Below, one piece after another: positions 56,778 through 64,000 of a stretch of DNA of 64,000 bases. The stretch lies in NCBI GenBank assembly GCA_964443355.1, contig CAYUDX010000011.1, forward strand, positions 34,823 to 98,822, written 5' to 3'. Position 1 is the first letter of the stretch, and every line of letters begins with the position of its first letter. A program made the position numbers and the translations under genes. The notes beneath the pieces are model-generated. The model was not told the origin of the DNA. It saw only the letters and a list, made by a program, of their open reading frames with translations, and searched no databases. The DNA comes from an uncultured Spirochaetia bacterium. GTDB lineage: Bacteria; Oederibacteriota; PGYV01; Palsa-1178.

Positions 56778-58598
56778 ATGCGTTCCTTTTTTGATCTTGT
56801 GAAAAGACATGTCCTTCTTGATTTGCTCCTTATAACGATAACGGCCCCTGCTTTGTTCGCCGATAACGTGGCGTTTTGTTACCATAAGTTCAGTTACGCA
56901 ATGGAAGATATCTATTCCACCCTGCCGGAAGTATTTGAATGGCAGATCGAATATATCAAGTCGCAGAATATCCCCATAATAAATGTCGATTCCCTGGCCG
57001 CTTCATATACGGCAAAAAAAGAGATAGGGGAAAGCATACTGCTTACCGTCGACGATGGATGGAAAAGCGACGTAAACGCCATCCCGATACTTGAAAGGCA
57101 GCAGGTGCCCGTAACTTTATATCTTTATCCTCTTGTGCTTCATCAGGGAGTTAAACAATACATGAACCCGGACGACCTACAGAAGGTCATTGCGTGCAAA
57201 TGGTTCAATTACGGCTGCCACAGCTATACCCATCCGTTGCTGACAAAATTGAACGATAAAAAACTTTATCACGAGATCGTGGAATCCAAATTAAAACTTG
57301 AACAGATGCTCGGGACCACGGTCACGACGTTCGCATACCCTTATGGCATGCTCAACAAACGGGTTGAAAAATACACAAAAAAATATTATCCGATAGTGCT
57401 CGGGGTGAACGACGGGTTCAACAACCTGAAAACAAACCCTTACAACCTCAACAGGTTCGTTTTTTACCGAAATACGACTTTCGGGGAATTCATGGACATG
57501 GTGGGCTGGGTTAAGGGAAAGGGCCGGGACAGGCCGTTTACAATCAATAAAATAGGGACCAGCGATGATTACGGGAAGAACATCCTTTTCCCGAAAAACA
57601 AGTATTATAAGTTCAGGCAGTCCGGCGGCAAAAAAGGCAACGTGATATTCATTTCCGGGTCGGAAATAGGGGCCGGATGGAATTATAAGTCCATGAAAAA
57701 GCTTTTGGCATTGGGCTATCAGTGCGGGGTTATCGTCAACAGGAACAACAACATACCTTTTTACAGGCCGGAAAAAAGGACGATGAAAGTGATCCAGGGC
57801 TGGGGGCTGAAGGAATACATGGGCGACATGACAAAGGCGCTGGATTTTATCTTTTTAAAGGAAGATAAAAGCGTTATATTCACCTGGGGCGACGGTTTTG
57901 ACACGCTCATGGCCGTGCTTTCGTCGACGGACAAGTATAACAAATACATAAAAGGCATTGTGGCCGTAAATCCGTCATTTCCGGAGGTCGACGGGACCAA
58001 AGAGGTTTATAAAAAGAACCTGGATTATTACAATATCCAGCTGGCCTCGGGCGAGTTTGAGGCGCAAAACCTGGGATATTTTTTAAAAGTGAAGACGCTT
58101 TCGGACATGGTGGTGTTAAAGCCGGATGACATCTCGATATTCACAAAAAAAATGGGATACGACGGCAGCATGACCAACAAACAGCTGCTGGCGCGCGTCC
58201 TCAACGACGAGGACCATCCCGACCTGGGCATCGATTACAAACACAGCGAGTACACGCTTGAGGATTTCAGGCAGGCTTTCATGCAGCCCCTCCCGCTTTT
58301 TTCAATGGTGGTGCCGATAGCGTTTTTAAGGGATATAAACGAGCTCTGGTACAATGATTTTGTATCGGAGGAACTCGGGGCTGTCGACGCAAAGAGCGTC
58401 TCCATTCCGATTTCGTTCATTTACAGCGGCAGTTACGCCCAGGCCGTGGCCAAGGTAAAGGACACTTTTCCATCCATGAAAGTTTTATCCGAACTGCCCC
58501 TCGACGGCATATCAACGGTGGAAATGATGCTCTCGAACAATGTGGCGGATTTTGTAACAGACGAAACGCAAAAAATCTTCGACATGAAGGACAAATAA
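56778..58598 (+). CDS. Polysaccharide deacetylase (NodB-domain) family protein with a C-terminal extension
   Basis: NodB motifs LLTVDDGW, HSYTHP; signal-peptide-like N-terminus; GAGGTGA ribosome-binding site. Confidence 0.7.
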   Translation: MRSFFDLVKRHVLLDLLLITITAPALFADNVAFCYHKFSYAMEDIYSTLPEVFEWQIEYIKSQNIPIINVDSLAASYTAKKEIGESILLTVDDGWKSDVNAIPILERQQVPVTLYLYPLVLHQGVKQYMNPDDLQKVIACKWFNYGCHSYTHPLLTKLNDKKLYHEIVESKLKLEQMLGTTVTTFAYPYGMLNKRVEKYTKKYYPIVLGVNDGFNNLKTNPYNLNRFVFYRNTTFGEFMDMVGWVKGKGRDRPFTINKIGTSDDYGKNILFPKNKYYKFRQSGGKKGNVIFISGSEIGAGWNYKSMKKLLALGYQCGVIVNRNNNIPFYRPEKRTMKVIQGWGLKEYMGDMTKALDFIFLKEDKSVIFTWGDGFDTLMAVLSSTDKYNKYIKGIVAVNPSFPEVDGTKEVYKKNLDYYNIQLASGEFEAQNLGYFLKVKTLSDMVVLKPDDISIFTKKMGYDGSMTNKQLLARVLNDEDHPDLGIDYKHSEYTLEDFRQAFMQPLPLFSMVVPIAFLRDINELWYNDFVSEELGAVDAKSVSIPISFIYSGSYAQAVAKVKDTFPSMKVLSELPLDGISTVEMMLSNNVADFVTDETQKIFDMKDK

Positions 58599-58599
58599 C

Positions 58600-59358
58600 A
58601 TGCCATATTTTGATTACGGCGGCAAAAAAGTTTATTTCAACACTTACGGGAAGAAGGGGGATTTTTTGCTCCTGCTGCACGCAGGGGCGGTCTCTTCGCG
58701 CATCTTTACACGCGAAATAAAAAGGTTCTATGAAAAATATTACAGGGTCTATACTTTTGATTACCTTGGCCTTGGGAAATCGTCAAAGGCGGGTTCCGTT
58801 CCTGATAATTACTGGATCGAGAACGCGCGTGTGGCCGTGGCGCTTTCAAGGCGGTTGGGAGTCGATTCCACATTCATTATAGGGACCGATGCGGGAGCGT
58901 CCGTGGCGCTAAATACCGCGATATTCGCCCCCGAACTTGTAAGAAAAGTAATATGCGACGGATTTTTGGGGACGAACATCGAAAAACCCCTTGCCGAAAT
59001 GATAAAAGACTCGAGAGAATCTTCAAAAAAGGGTTTGATGGCGCTGGCCTGGTTTTTTACCCACGGCTTTAACTGGAAAAAAACAGTCGATCTTGACACG
59101 GAAAAGGTGATGAATGCCGCGGGAACCGGCATGGTTATCTCGGGTGAAATGGCAAAAATTCAATGTCCGGTGGTTTTCACCGCCGGAAACCCGGACCCGG
59201 CCATACCCGACACGGAAAATAAACTTGCCGGATACGTCTCGCAAAACCCGCTTTTTTCCATGAAATTAATGACTAAGCCGGGCCATATGTCCATGCTTTA
59301 CGACAATTACAATTTCTCAAGGTTTGCCAGGGATTTTTTCGGCAGGTCATCTGTTTGA
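58600..59358 (+). CDS. α/β-hydrolase fold protein
   Basis: LLLLHAGAVSS, nucleophile elbow GTDAGA(S), C-terminal PGHMSM His motif. Confidence 0.65.
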   Translation: MPYFDYGGKKVYFNTYGKKGDFLLLLHAGAVSSRIFTREIKRFYEKYYRVYTFDYLGLGKSSKAGSVPDNYWIENARVAVALSRRLGVDSTFIIGTDAGASVALNTAIFAPELVRKVICDGFLGTNIEKPLAEMIKDSRESSKKGLMALAWFFTHGFNWKKTVDLDTEKVMNAAGTGMVISGEMAKIQCPVVFTAGNPDPAIPDTENKLAGYVSQNPLFSMKLMTKPGHMSMLYDNYNFSRFARDFFGRSSV

Positions 59359-59499
59359 TCTTTTAAGTTCCTCGAGTATCGATTTAAGGGTGGCGTCTAT
59401 GGACCAGAGTTTTATGGGCGCCAGAAGTATCATAGCCGCAAGCATCAGTCCAAGGATAACGAGAGCAACGTACAAAAAAGTCATTAATGAAAAGACCAT
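59347..59499 (-). CDS. Possible small membrane protein (50 aa, single TM)
   Basis: GAGGTGA ribosome-binding site then ATG; hydrophobic MVFSLMTFLYVALVILGLMLAAMILLAP; below the ORF-track length cutoff. Confidence 0.25.
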   Translation of the reverse strand: MVFSLMTFLYVALVILGLMLAAMILLAPIKLWSIDATLKSILEELKRSNR

Positions 59500-59627
59500 T
59501 CTTTCACCTCGCGATTTTTTTTAATAATAACACAAATTATCGAATAGAAACAATTTTTTATTTATGATAATATTCATTACGCGGACGGAAAAGAAAAACC
59601 GCCAAAAGGACGGGCTTAAACTTAAAT

Positions 59628-60242
59628 ATGGACAATACCGTGTATTTCGAGAACATACAGGCCAGGCCGGACAGGCAAAAGGTAATGTTCAGGCTCGGCT
59701 ACAAAAATGGGATGACGCAGATATCCGCCGCACAGTCAAGGCTGATTGAAGTAACTATCGATGATGGATTTTTTCTTTGCGAATTAAAGGGGGCATACTC
59801 GTTTTACGATGTTTTGAAAATATCGAAGGGCTCGGTCGCGCTCGCCTGCGGCATAACGCTGGAAAGCACGGATATTGCATCGGTCTTTGCCGGCTGCTCA
59901 AGGGCGCTGATAATGGCATCGACCGCCGGAAATGCCGTCATTGAGAAAAGGGACCTTGAAGTCAAGAACGGGAACGGGTCAACGGCGCTTGTCCTGGATG
60001 CGGCCGCATCGGAAACCGCGGATTACGGACTTGACTGGATGCAGGAATATCTGTCCGGGCAGCTTATAAAAAAATCCATGTCAATAACCCGCAGGTTCAG
60101 CCCGGGATACGGCGACCTTGGGCTTTCATACCAGAAACAGATATATGACATGCTGAAACTTGAAAAGATCGGCATCAGCATCACCGAAAGGTTCATACTG
60201 GTGCCGGAAAAATCCGTAATAGGGATATGTGGGATAAGATAA
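59628..60242 (+). CDS. Stand-alone methionine synthase B12-reactivation (AdoMet-binding) domain protein
   Basis: Pattern RFSPGYGDLGLSYQKQIYDML...IGISITE...LVPEKSVIGICG typical of the Met_synt_B12 activation domain; metH lacking this domain lies downstream. Confidence 0.65.
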   Translation: MDNTVYFENIQARPDRQKVMFRLGYKNGMTQISAAQSRLIEVTIDDGFFLCELKGAYSFYDVLKISKGSVALACGITLESTDIASVFAGCSRALIMASTAGNAVIEKRDLEVKNGNGSTALVLDAAASETADYGLDWMQEYLSGQLIKKSMSITRRFSPGYGDLGLSYQKQIYDMLKLEKIGISITERFILVPEKSVIGICGIR

Positions 60243-60337
60243 TAAATTAAAAAGTTAAAAGTCAAAACCAAGAAGTTAGGCAGGCGATAAAAAAGCCAAA
60301 GTTGTAACGATGGGAACGACAAGTAAAGGAGATTGCC

Positions 60338-61495
60338 TTGGAAAATAAAATATTTATGAAAAAATTACGAATGTGGGCCCTCGGTATGATCATTCCCGCC
60401 ATGCCGCTGTTAAACAGGGCGATACCGGTTTTTACCAACGGACCCGATGGCTCAATAATATCGGCCGACTCTGCAAATTCCGCGGATTTCTCAAAAAAAT
60501 TCAGGTCGGATTTTTCGCCGACGGAGCAAAATCCGGTATGGTTGGCTTACGACATATCTTCCATAGCAGACAAGCAGCGCAGGAACATCCTGCTTGTCTG
60601 GGGCAATGACGAGACTTCGCCTTACGATCATACCCTGATAACCGATATATCCAATCCGGGTTACAATAATCCGGGCAGTTATTTTCTGGAGGCAAACAAG
60701 GCCCCGGGCGGCAAGGTTCCCGGGCAGGGCTGGGAAAAGGTATTAAGCGTGACCGGCAATACTTTGCATTCTCGCCAGCATCTGATGGACCTGACCGGTT
60801 ATAACTGGGTAAGGCTGGTATTTACCGGGACCGACGGCACAAAAGACAACATGGATATTTCCGCGCATACAGACATTTTCGGGCCGGTCGGGGGGGCAAA
60901 AGATATGGATGACTGGATATTTTACGGGGATTCCATCACACAGATGGCGATGAACAGGGACCCGTTAAAGTGCGCGGCCGGGGTGGGGAGTTTTTCTTCG
61001 CTGATAAATTCCATGGCTCCTTCTTATTATCCCGCTCAGGAGAACGGCGGGACAGGGTACATGAAATCCGCGGACGGCGCAAAGCACATCGGTGAGTGGC
61101 TGAAAATTTTCCCCGGAAAATTCGTCGCCATAAGCTATGGTACAAACGATGCGTGGAACATGCTAGACCCCGCGGAATTTTACGATAATTATGAAAAAAT
61201 GGTGAAAGCGGTCATTGGTTCAGGCAAGATACCGCTTGTACCTGTTTCGATACCGTGGTCAAGCTCGCAAAAGAACATACAGGAACACGCGCCCAAGCTG
61301 AATGCTTCTCTGGCGGAACTTTTCAAAAAATACCCACAGATAATCAAGGGTCCTGATTTTTTTAAATTATTCATTGATCATCCGGAACTTTTATCGCCGG
61401 ACGGCGTGCATCCATCATTGCCGTCAGGGCTGTTCGCATACAGAAAAGCCTGGGCCAAAGCGGCCTATGACGCGGTTTACGCGGGAAACAAATAA
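60338..61495 (+). CDS. Secreted SGNH/GDSL-family hydrolase with an N-terminal β domain
   Basis: SGNH blocks FYGDSITQ (block I), SYGTNDAWN (block III); C-terminal DGVHPS (DxxH); signal peptide; AAGGAG ribosome-binding site with a TTG start. Confidence 0.65.
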   Translation: MENKIFMKKLRMWALGMIIPAMPLLNRAIPVFTNGPDGSIISADSANSADFSKKFRSDFSPTEQNPVWLAYDISSIADKQRRNILLVWGNDETSPYDHTLITDISNPGYNNPGSYFLEANKAPGGKVPGQGWEKVLSVTGNTLHSRQHLMDLTGYNWVRLVFTGTDGTKDNMDISAHTDIFGPVGGAKDMDDWIFYGDSITQMAMNRDPLKCAAGVGSFSSLINSMAPSYYPAQENGGTGYMKSADGAKHIGEWLKIFPGKFVAISYGTNDAWNMLDPAEFYDNYEKMVKAVIGSGKIPLVPVSIPWSSSQKNIQEHAPKLNASLAELFKKYPQIIKGPDFFKLFIDHPELLSPDGVHPSLPSGLFAYRKAWAKAAYDAVYAGNK

Positions 61496-61513
61496 AAATC
61501 ACAGGGGTTTGAC

Positions 61514-63940
61514 ATGGCTGAAAATAAGTTCAAAAAACTTTTAGACGAAAAAAAAATCATCATACTCGACGGCTCGTCCGGCGTTGCCATGCAAAAACGC
61601 GGCATGCCGAACGGCGTCTGCCCGGAGAAATGGGCGGTCGAAAATCCGTCCCATCTGATAGAGCTCCAGCGTGAATATGTCGGATCCGGGTCTCAGGTGA
61701 TATACACTTTCACATTCGGCGGGAACCCAATGAAGCTCGACGAATACGGGCTGAAAGACAGGACCTATGAAATAAACAAAAAATTGGGGGAAATATCAAG
61801 GGAGGCTGCCGGGGATTCGGCGCTTGTGGCCGGCGACATCGGGCCTTCAGGCCATTTTCCGGAACCTTTCGGGGACATTCCTTTCGAGGAAATGGTCTCG
61901 GCTTTCAAGGAACAGGCGCGGGGATTACTCGACGGCGGCGTTGACCTTTTCATCGTAGAAACATTTATAGACATCCAGGAGGCCAGAGCTGCCGTGCTGG
62001 CAATAAAGGAAATATGCGACCTGCCGGTAATCGTCTCGATGACATTTGACGAGGCGGGCAAGACGATCACCGGAACCGACCCGGTAAGCGCCGCAGTAAC
62101 TTTGCAGGCGCTGGGCGTGGATTGTGTCGGTGTCAACTGTTCCACGGGTCCCGCTGAAATGGTCAAAGTGATAAAGCAGATAAGGTCATACGTCAATATC
62201 CCGATAATAGCAAAACCAAACGCCGGATTGCCGCAGTTGATAAACGGCGAGACGGTCTTTGGAATGGGGGCAAAGGAATTCAGCTCCTATGCTCTGCCTC
62301 TAGCCAGGGCCGGGGCCGGCCTTATCGGCGGCTGCTGCGGCACCTCGCCGGAATTCATAAAACTCACCGAGGGCAGGCTTAAGGGTAAAAAACGCCGGTC
62401 GCCGGAGGAAAAATTAAAAAGCGCGCTTTCTTCAGCGCGCAAAAGCGTGTTCCCGGGCGGGAAAAATTTTGTAATAGTCGGCGAGCGGATAAATCCCACG
62501 GGCAAGAAACAGCTGCAGGCGGAGCTCAAAGAGGGTAAAGAGAGCGAGATAAGGAGATTTGCCGCGGAGCAGGCCAAAAACGGTGCGTCAGTGCTTGACG
62601 TAAACGTCGGGATGCCCGGAATAAGCGAGAAGGATGCGATGGTAAAGACCGTAAAATTTTTGTCCGGCATATCGGAGCTGCCGCTTTGCATAGACTCGTC
62701 AACTCCGGAGGTCATTGAAGCCGCGCTCAGGATATATCCCGGTAAGGCCGTCATTAATTCGATATCGGGCGAAAGGTCGAAATATGAAAAACTTCTTCCG
62801 CTGGCCGCGAAATACGGCGCCATGTTCATACTTCTCCCGCTGACCGACAGGGGCATTCCAAAAAGCGTTGACGAAAGGATGACCGTAATAAAAGAAGTTG
62901 TGTCTGCGGCAAAAAAACTCGGCATCGGCCCCGAAGACATAGCGGTTGACGGCCTTGTAATGACGGTTTCATCGGACCAGGCTGCCGCGCTTGTAACATT
63001 AAAGGTCATTGAAAAGTGCCGCAAAGAACTCAAATTAAACACCATTGTCGGGCTTTCCAACGTTTCTTTCGGGCTCCCCGAAAGGGCCCTGATAAATTCG
63101 ACATTTTTTAACCTGGCCCGCGCGAAAGGATTGACCATGGCGATAGCCAATCCCGCGCCGGACCTTTCCGTGACCGATAAATACGCCCGCAATCTGCTGC
63201 TTGGCAGGGATAAAAATGCCGCGGCATTCATAGCCAGATACGGCTCGGACGGCGGCAAAGGGCCGGCCCAGAAGGCTGCGGTGAAACAGTCCGCGCAGGC
63301 CGCCGGGGACCCTAAAAAAATATACGAATGCGTCATTACGGGGGACAGGGAAAATATCACACGGCACATCGAGGCCGCGTTAAAGGCCGGTGAAAAACCA
63401 TCGGAAATAGTGGACCTGAAACTTATACCAGCCATCGCGGAAGTGGGAAACTATTTTGACCAGAAAAAATATTTTTTACCGCAGTTGATCCAGAGCGCGG
63501 AAGCCATGAAGGCCGGTTTTGCGCTATTGGAGCCCCTGCTTGCGGCGGCGCCCGGCGCGACGGAGAAGAAAAAGACGGGGATAGTGCTTGCCACGGTAAA
63601 AGGCGACATCCACGACATAGGAAAAAACATAGTCGCACTGATGCTTAAAAATTACGGTTTTGAGGTCTATGACCTGGGAAAAGACGTGGCTGCGGAGATT
63701 ATAGTCGCCGAGGCCAAAGAAAAAGGCGCGCAGCTAATCGGCCTCTCGGCGTTAATGACCACAACAATGACCGAGATGCCTGAAGTGATCAGGCTTTCAA
63801 AAAAAGAAGGATTGAACGTAAAAATCATGATAGGCGGGGCCGTGGTAACCCAGGCATACGCGGACGAGATCGGGGCGAACGGGTATTCGAAGGATGCCTA
63901 TGAAGCCGTGAAGACCGCAAAAAGGCTCGGCAACACATGA
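61514..63940 (+). CDS. metH: Cobalamin-dependent methionine synthase (Hcy-binding, pterin-binding and B12-binding domains; no activation domain)
   Basis: Hcy-methyltransferase N-terminus, pterin-binding middle, B12-binding DIHDIGKNIV (DxHxxG) plus S..L..T motif; 808 aa. Confidence 0.9.
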   Translation: MAENKFKKLLDEKKIIILDGSSGVAMQKRGMPNGVCPEKWAVENPSHLIELQREYVGSGSQVIYTFTFGGNPMKLDEYGLKDRTYEINKKLGEISREAAGDSALVAGDIGPSGHFPEPFGDIPFEEMVSAFKEQARGLLDGGVDLFIVETFIDIQEARAAVLAIKEICDLPVIVSMTFDEAGKTITGTDPVSAAVTLQALGVDCVGVNCSTGPAEMVKVIKQIRSYVNIPIIAKPNAGLPQLINGETVFGMGAKEFSSYALPLARAGAGLIGGCCGTSPEFIKLTEGRLKGKKRRSPEEKLKSALSSARKSVFPGGKNFVIVGERINPTGKKQLQAELKEGKESEIRRFAAEQAKNGASVLDVNVGMPGISEKDAMVKTVKFLSGISELPLCIDSSTPEVIEAALRIYPGKAVINSISGERSKYEKLLPLAAKYGAMFILLPLTDRGIPKSVDERMTVIKEVVSAAKKLGIGPEDIAVDGLVMTVSSDQAAALVTLKVIEKCRKELKLNTIVGLSNVSFGLPERALINSTFFNLARAKGLTMAIANPAPDLSVTDKYARNLLLGRDKNAAAFIARYGSDGGKGPAQKAAVKQSAQAAGDPKKIYECVITGDRENITRHIEAALKAGEKPSEIVDLKLIPAIAEVGNYFDQKKYFLPQLIQSAEAMKAGFALLEPLLAAAPGATEKKKTGIVLATVKGDIHDIGKNIVALMLKNYGFEVYDLGKDVAAEIIVAEAKEKGAQLIGLSALMTTTMTEMPEVIRLSKKEGLNVKIMIGGAVVTQAYADEIGANGYSKDAYEAVKTAKRLGNT

Positions 63941-64000
63941 AATACAGACCCGACAACCGCTTAAGGAAACAGTTTGATTTTATAATTGAGATCGACGCGG

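Noticed and set aside
59324-59524. Plus-strand 66-aa ORF in the track
   Set aside because: It has no ribosome-binding site and overlaps the 3' end of the α/β-hydrolase gene. The minus-strand 50-aa TM ORF with a GAGGTGA ribosome-binding site is the likelier, though still weak, call.
59525-59627. Looked for an S-box/SAM or cobalamin riboswitch upstream of the split metH genes
   Set aside because: The intergenic region is only ~100 nt and AT-rich. It lacks the conserved S-box or B12-box core sequences.
1-64000. Searched for CRISPR arrays, tRNA/rRNA genes, transposases, integrases or phage genes
   Set aside because: I found none. There are no periodic repeat-spacer arrays, no cloverleaf-like or rRNA-like conserved segments, and no transposase or integrase motifs in any frame.

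Overview
This 64-kb window looks like it comes from an anaerobic, probably uncultivated bacterium. GC content is about 50%, gene starts have strong Shine-Dalgarno sites, and there are many 4-nt ATGA gene overlaps. A cargo protein with a type IX secretion system (T9SS) C-terminal domain (CTD) and a PorV-like outer-membrane protein suggest the Fibrobacteres–Chlorobi–Bacteroidetes (FCB) group or a related candidate phylum. The contents run as follows. (1) 1–10.3 kb holds housekeeping and accessory genes: a 5'-truncated GH5 glycosidase, a CBM-like lipoprotein, a metallo-β-lactamase (MBL)-fold hydrolase, a PfkB kinase, two tandem class-I aminotransferases, a DUF2225 protein, a GT4 glycosyltransferase, and two tandem thioredoxin-like lipoproteins. 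(2) 10.4–16.4 kb holds a 1586-aa secreted adhesin-like protein with Ig-like repeats, a Thr/Pro linker and a T9SS-type CTD; a PorV/FadL-like outer-membrane β-barrel gene with a tetratricopeptide-repeat (TPR) tail is translationally coupled to it. (3) 16.5–34.7 kb is a large nitrogen-assimilation island on both strands. It contains gltB–gltD; two paralogous amt–glnK pairs; a divergent PII protein; an amino acid/polyamine/organocation (APC)-family permease carrying a C-terminal PII domain; a small outer-membrane β-protein; a type III glutamine synthetase (glnN); and a GAF–AAA+–HTH σ54 activator. I can read three -24/-12 σ54 promoters in front of amt1, the outer-membrane-protein/APC–PII operon, and glnN. 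(4) 37.2–55.8 kb is a hydrogen-metabolism supercluster. Its first operon encodes a NuoE-like subunit; a thioredoxin-like/NuoF/GltD-like triple-fusion flavoprotein; an M3-type [FeFe] hydrogenase HydA whose H-cluster motif reads TSCSPGW (Cys→Ser); and an NfnAB pair. The second operon is a canonical hndABCD-type electron-bifurcating [FeFe] hydrogenase. These are followed by the maturases hydG, an aspartase/fumarase-family gene, hydF and hydE. (5) 55.7–64 kb holds a DnaQ-like exonuclease with a BRCT domain, a polysaccharide deacetylase, an α/β hydrolase, and a split B12-dependent methionine synthase (a standalone activation-domain gene, an SGNH hydrolase, then metH). I found no rRNA, tRNA, CRISPR arrays or obvious mobile elements. 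The two most unusual items, judged from sequence alone, are the PII-fused APC permease cassette flanked by duplicated amt–glnK pairs, and the hydrogenase–NuoF::GltD–NfnAB operon with the HydA Cys→Ser substitution.
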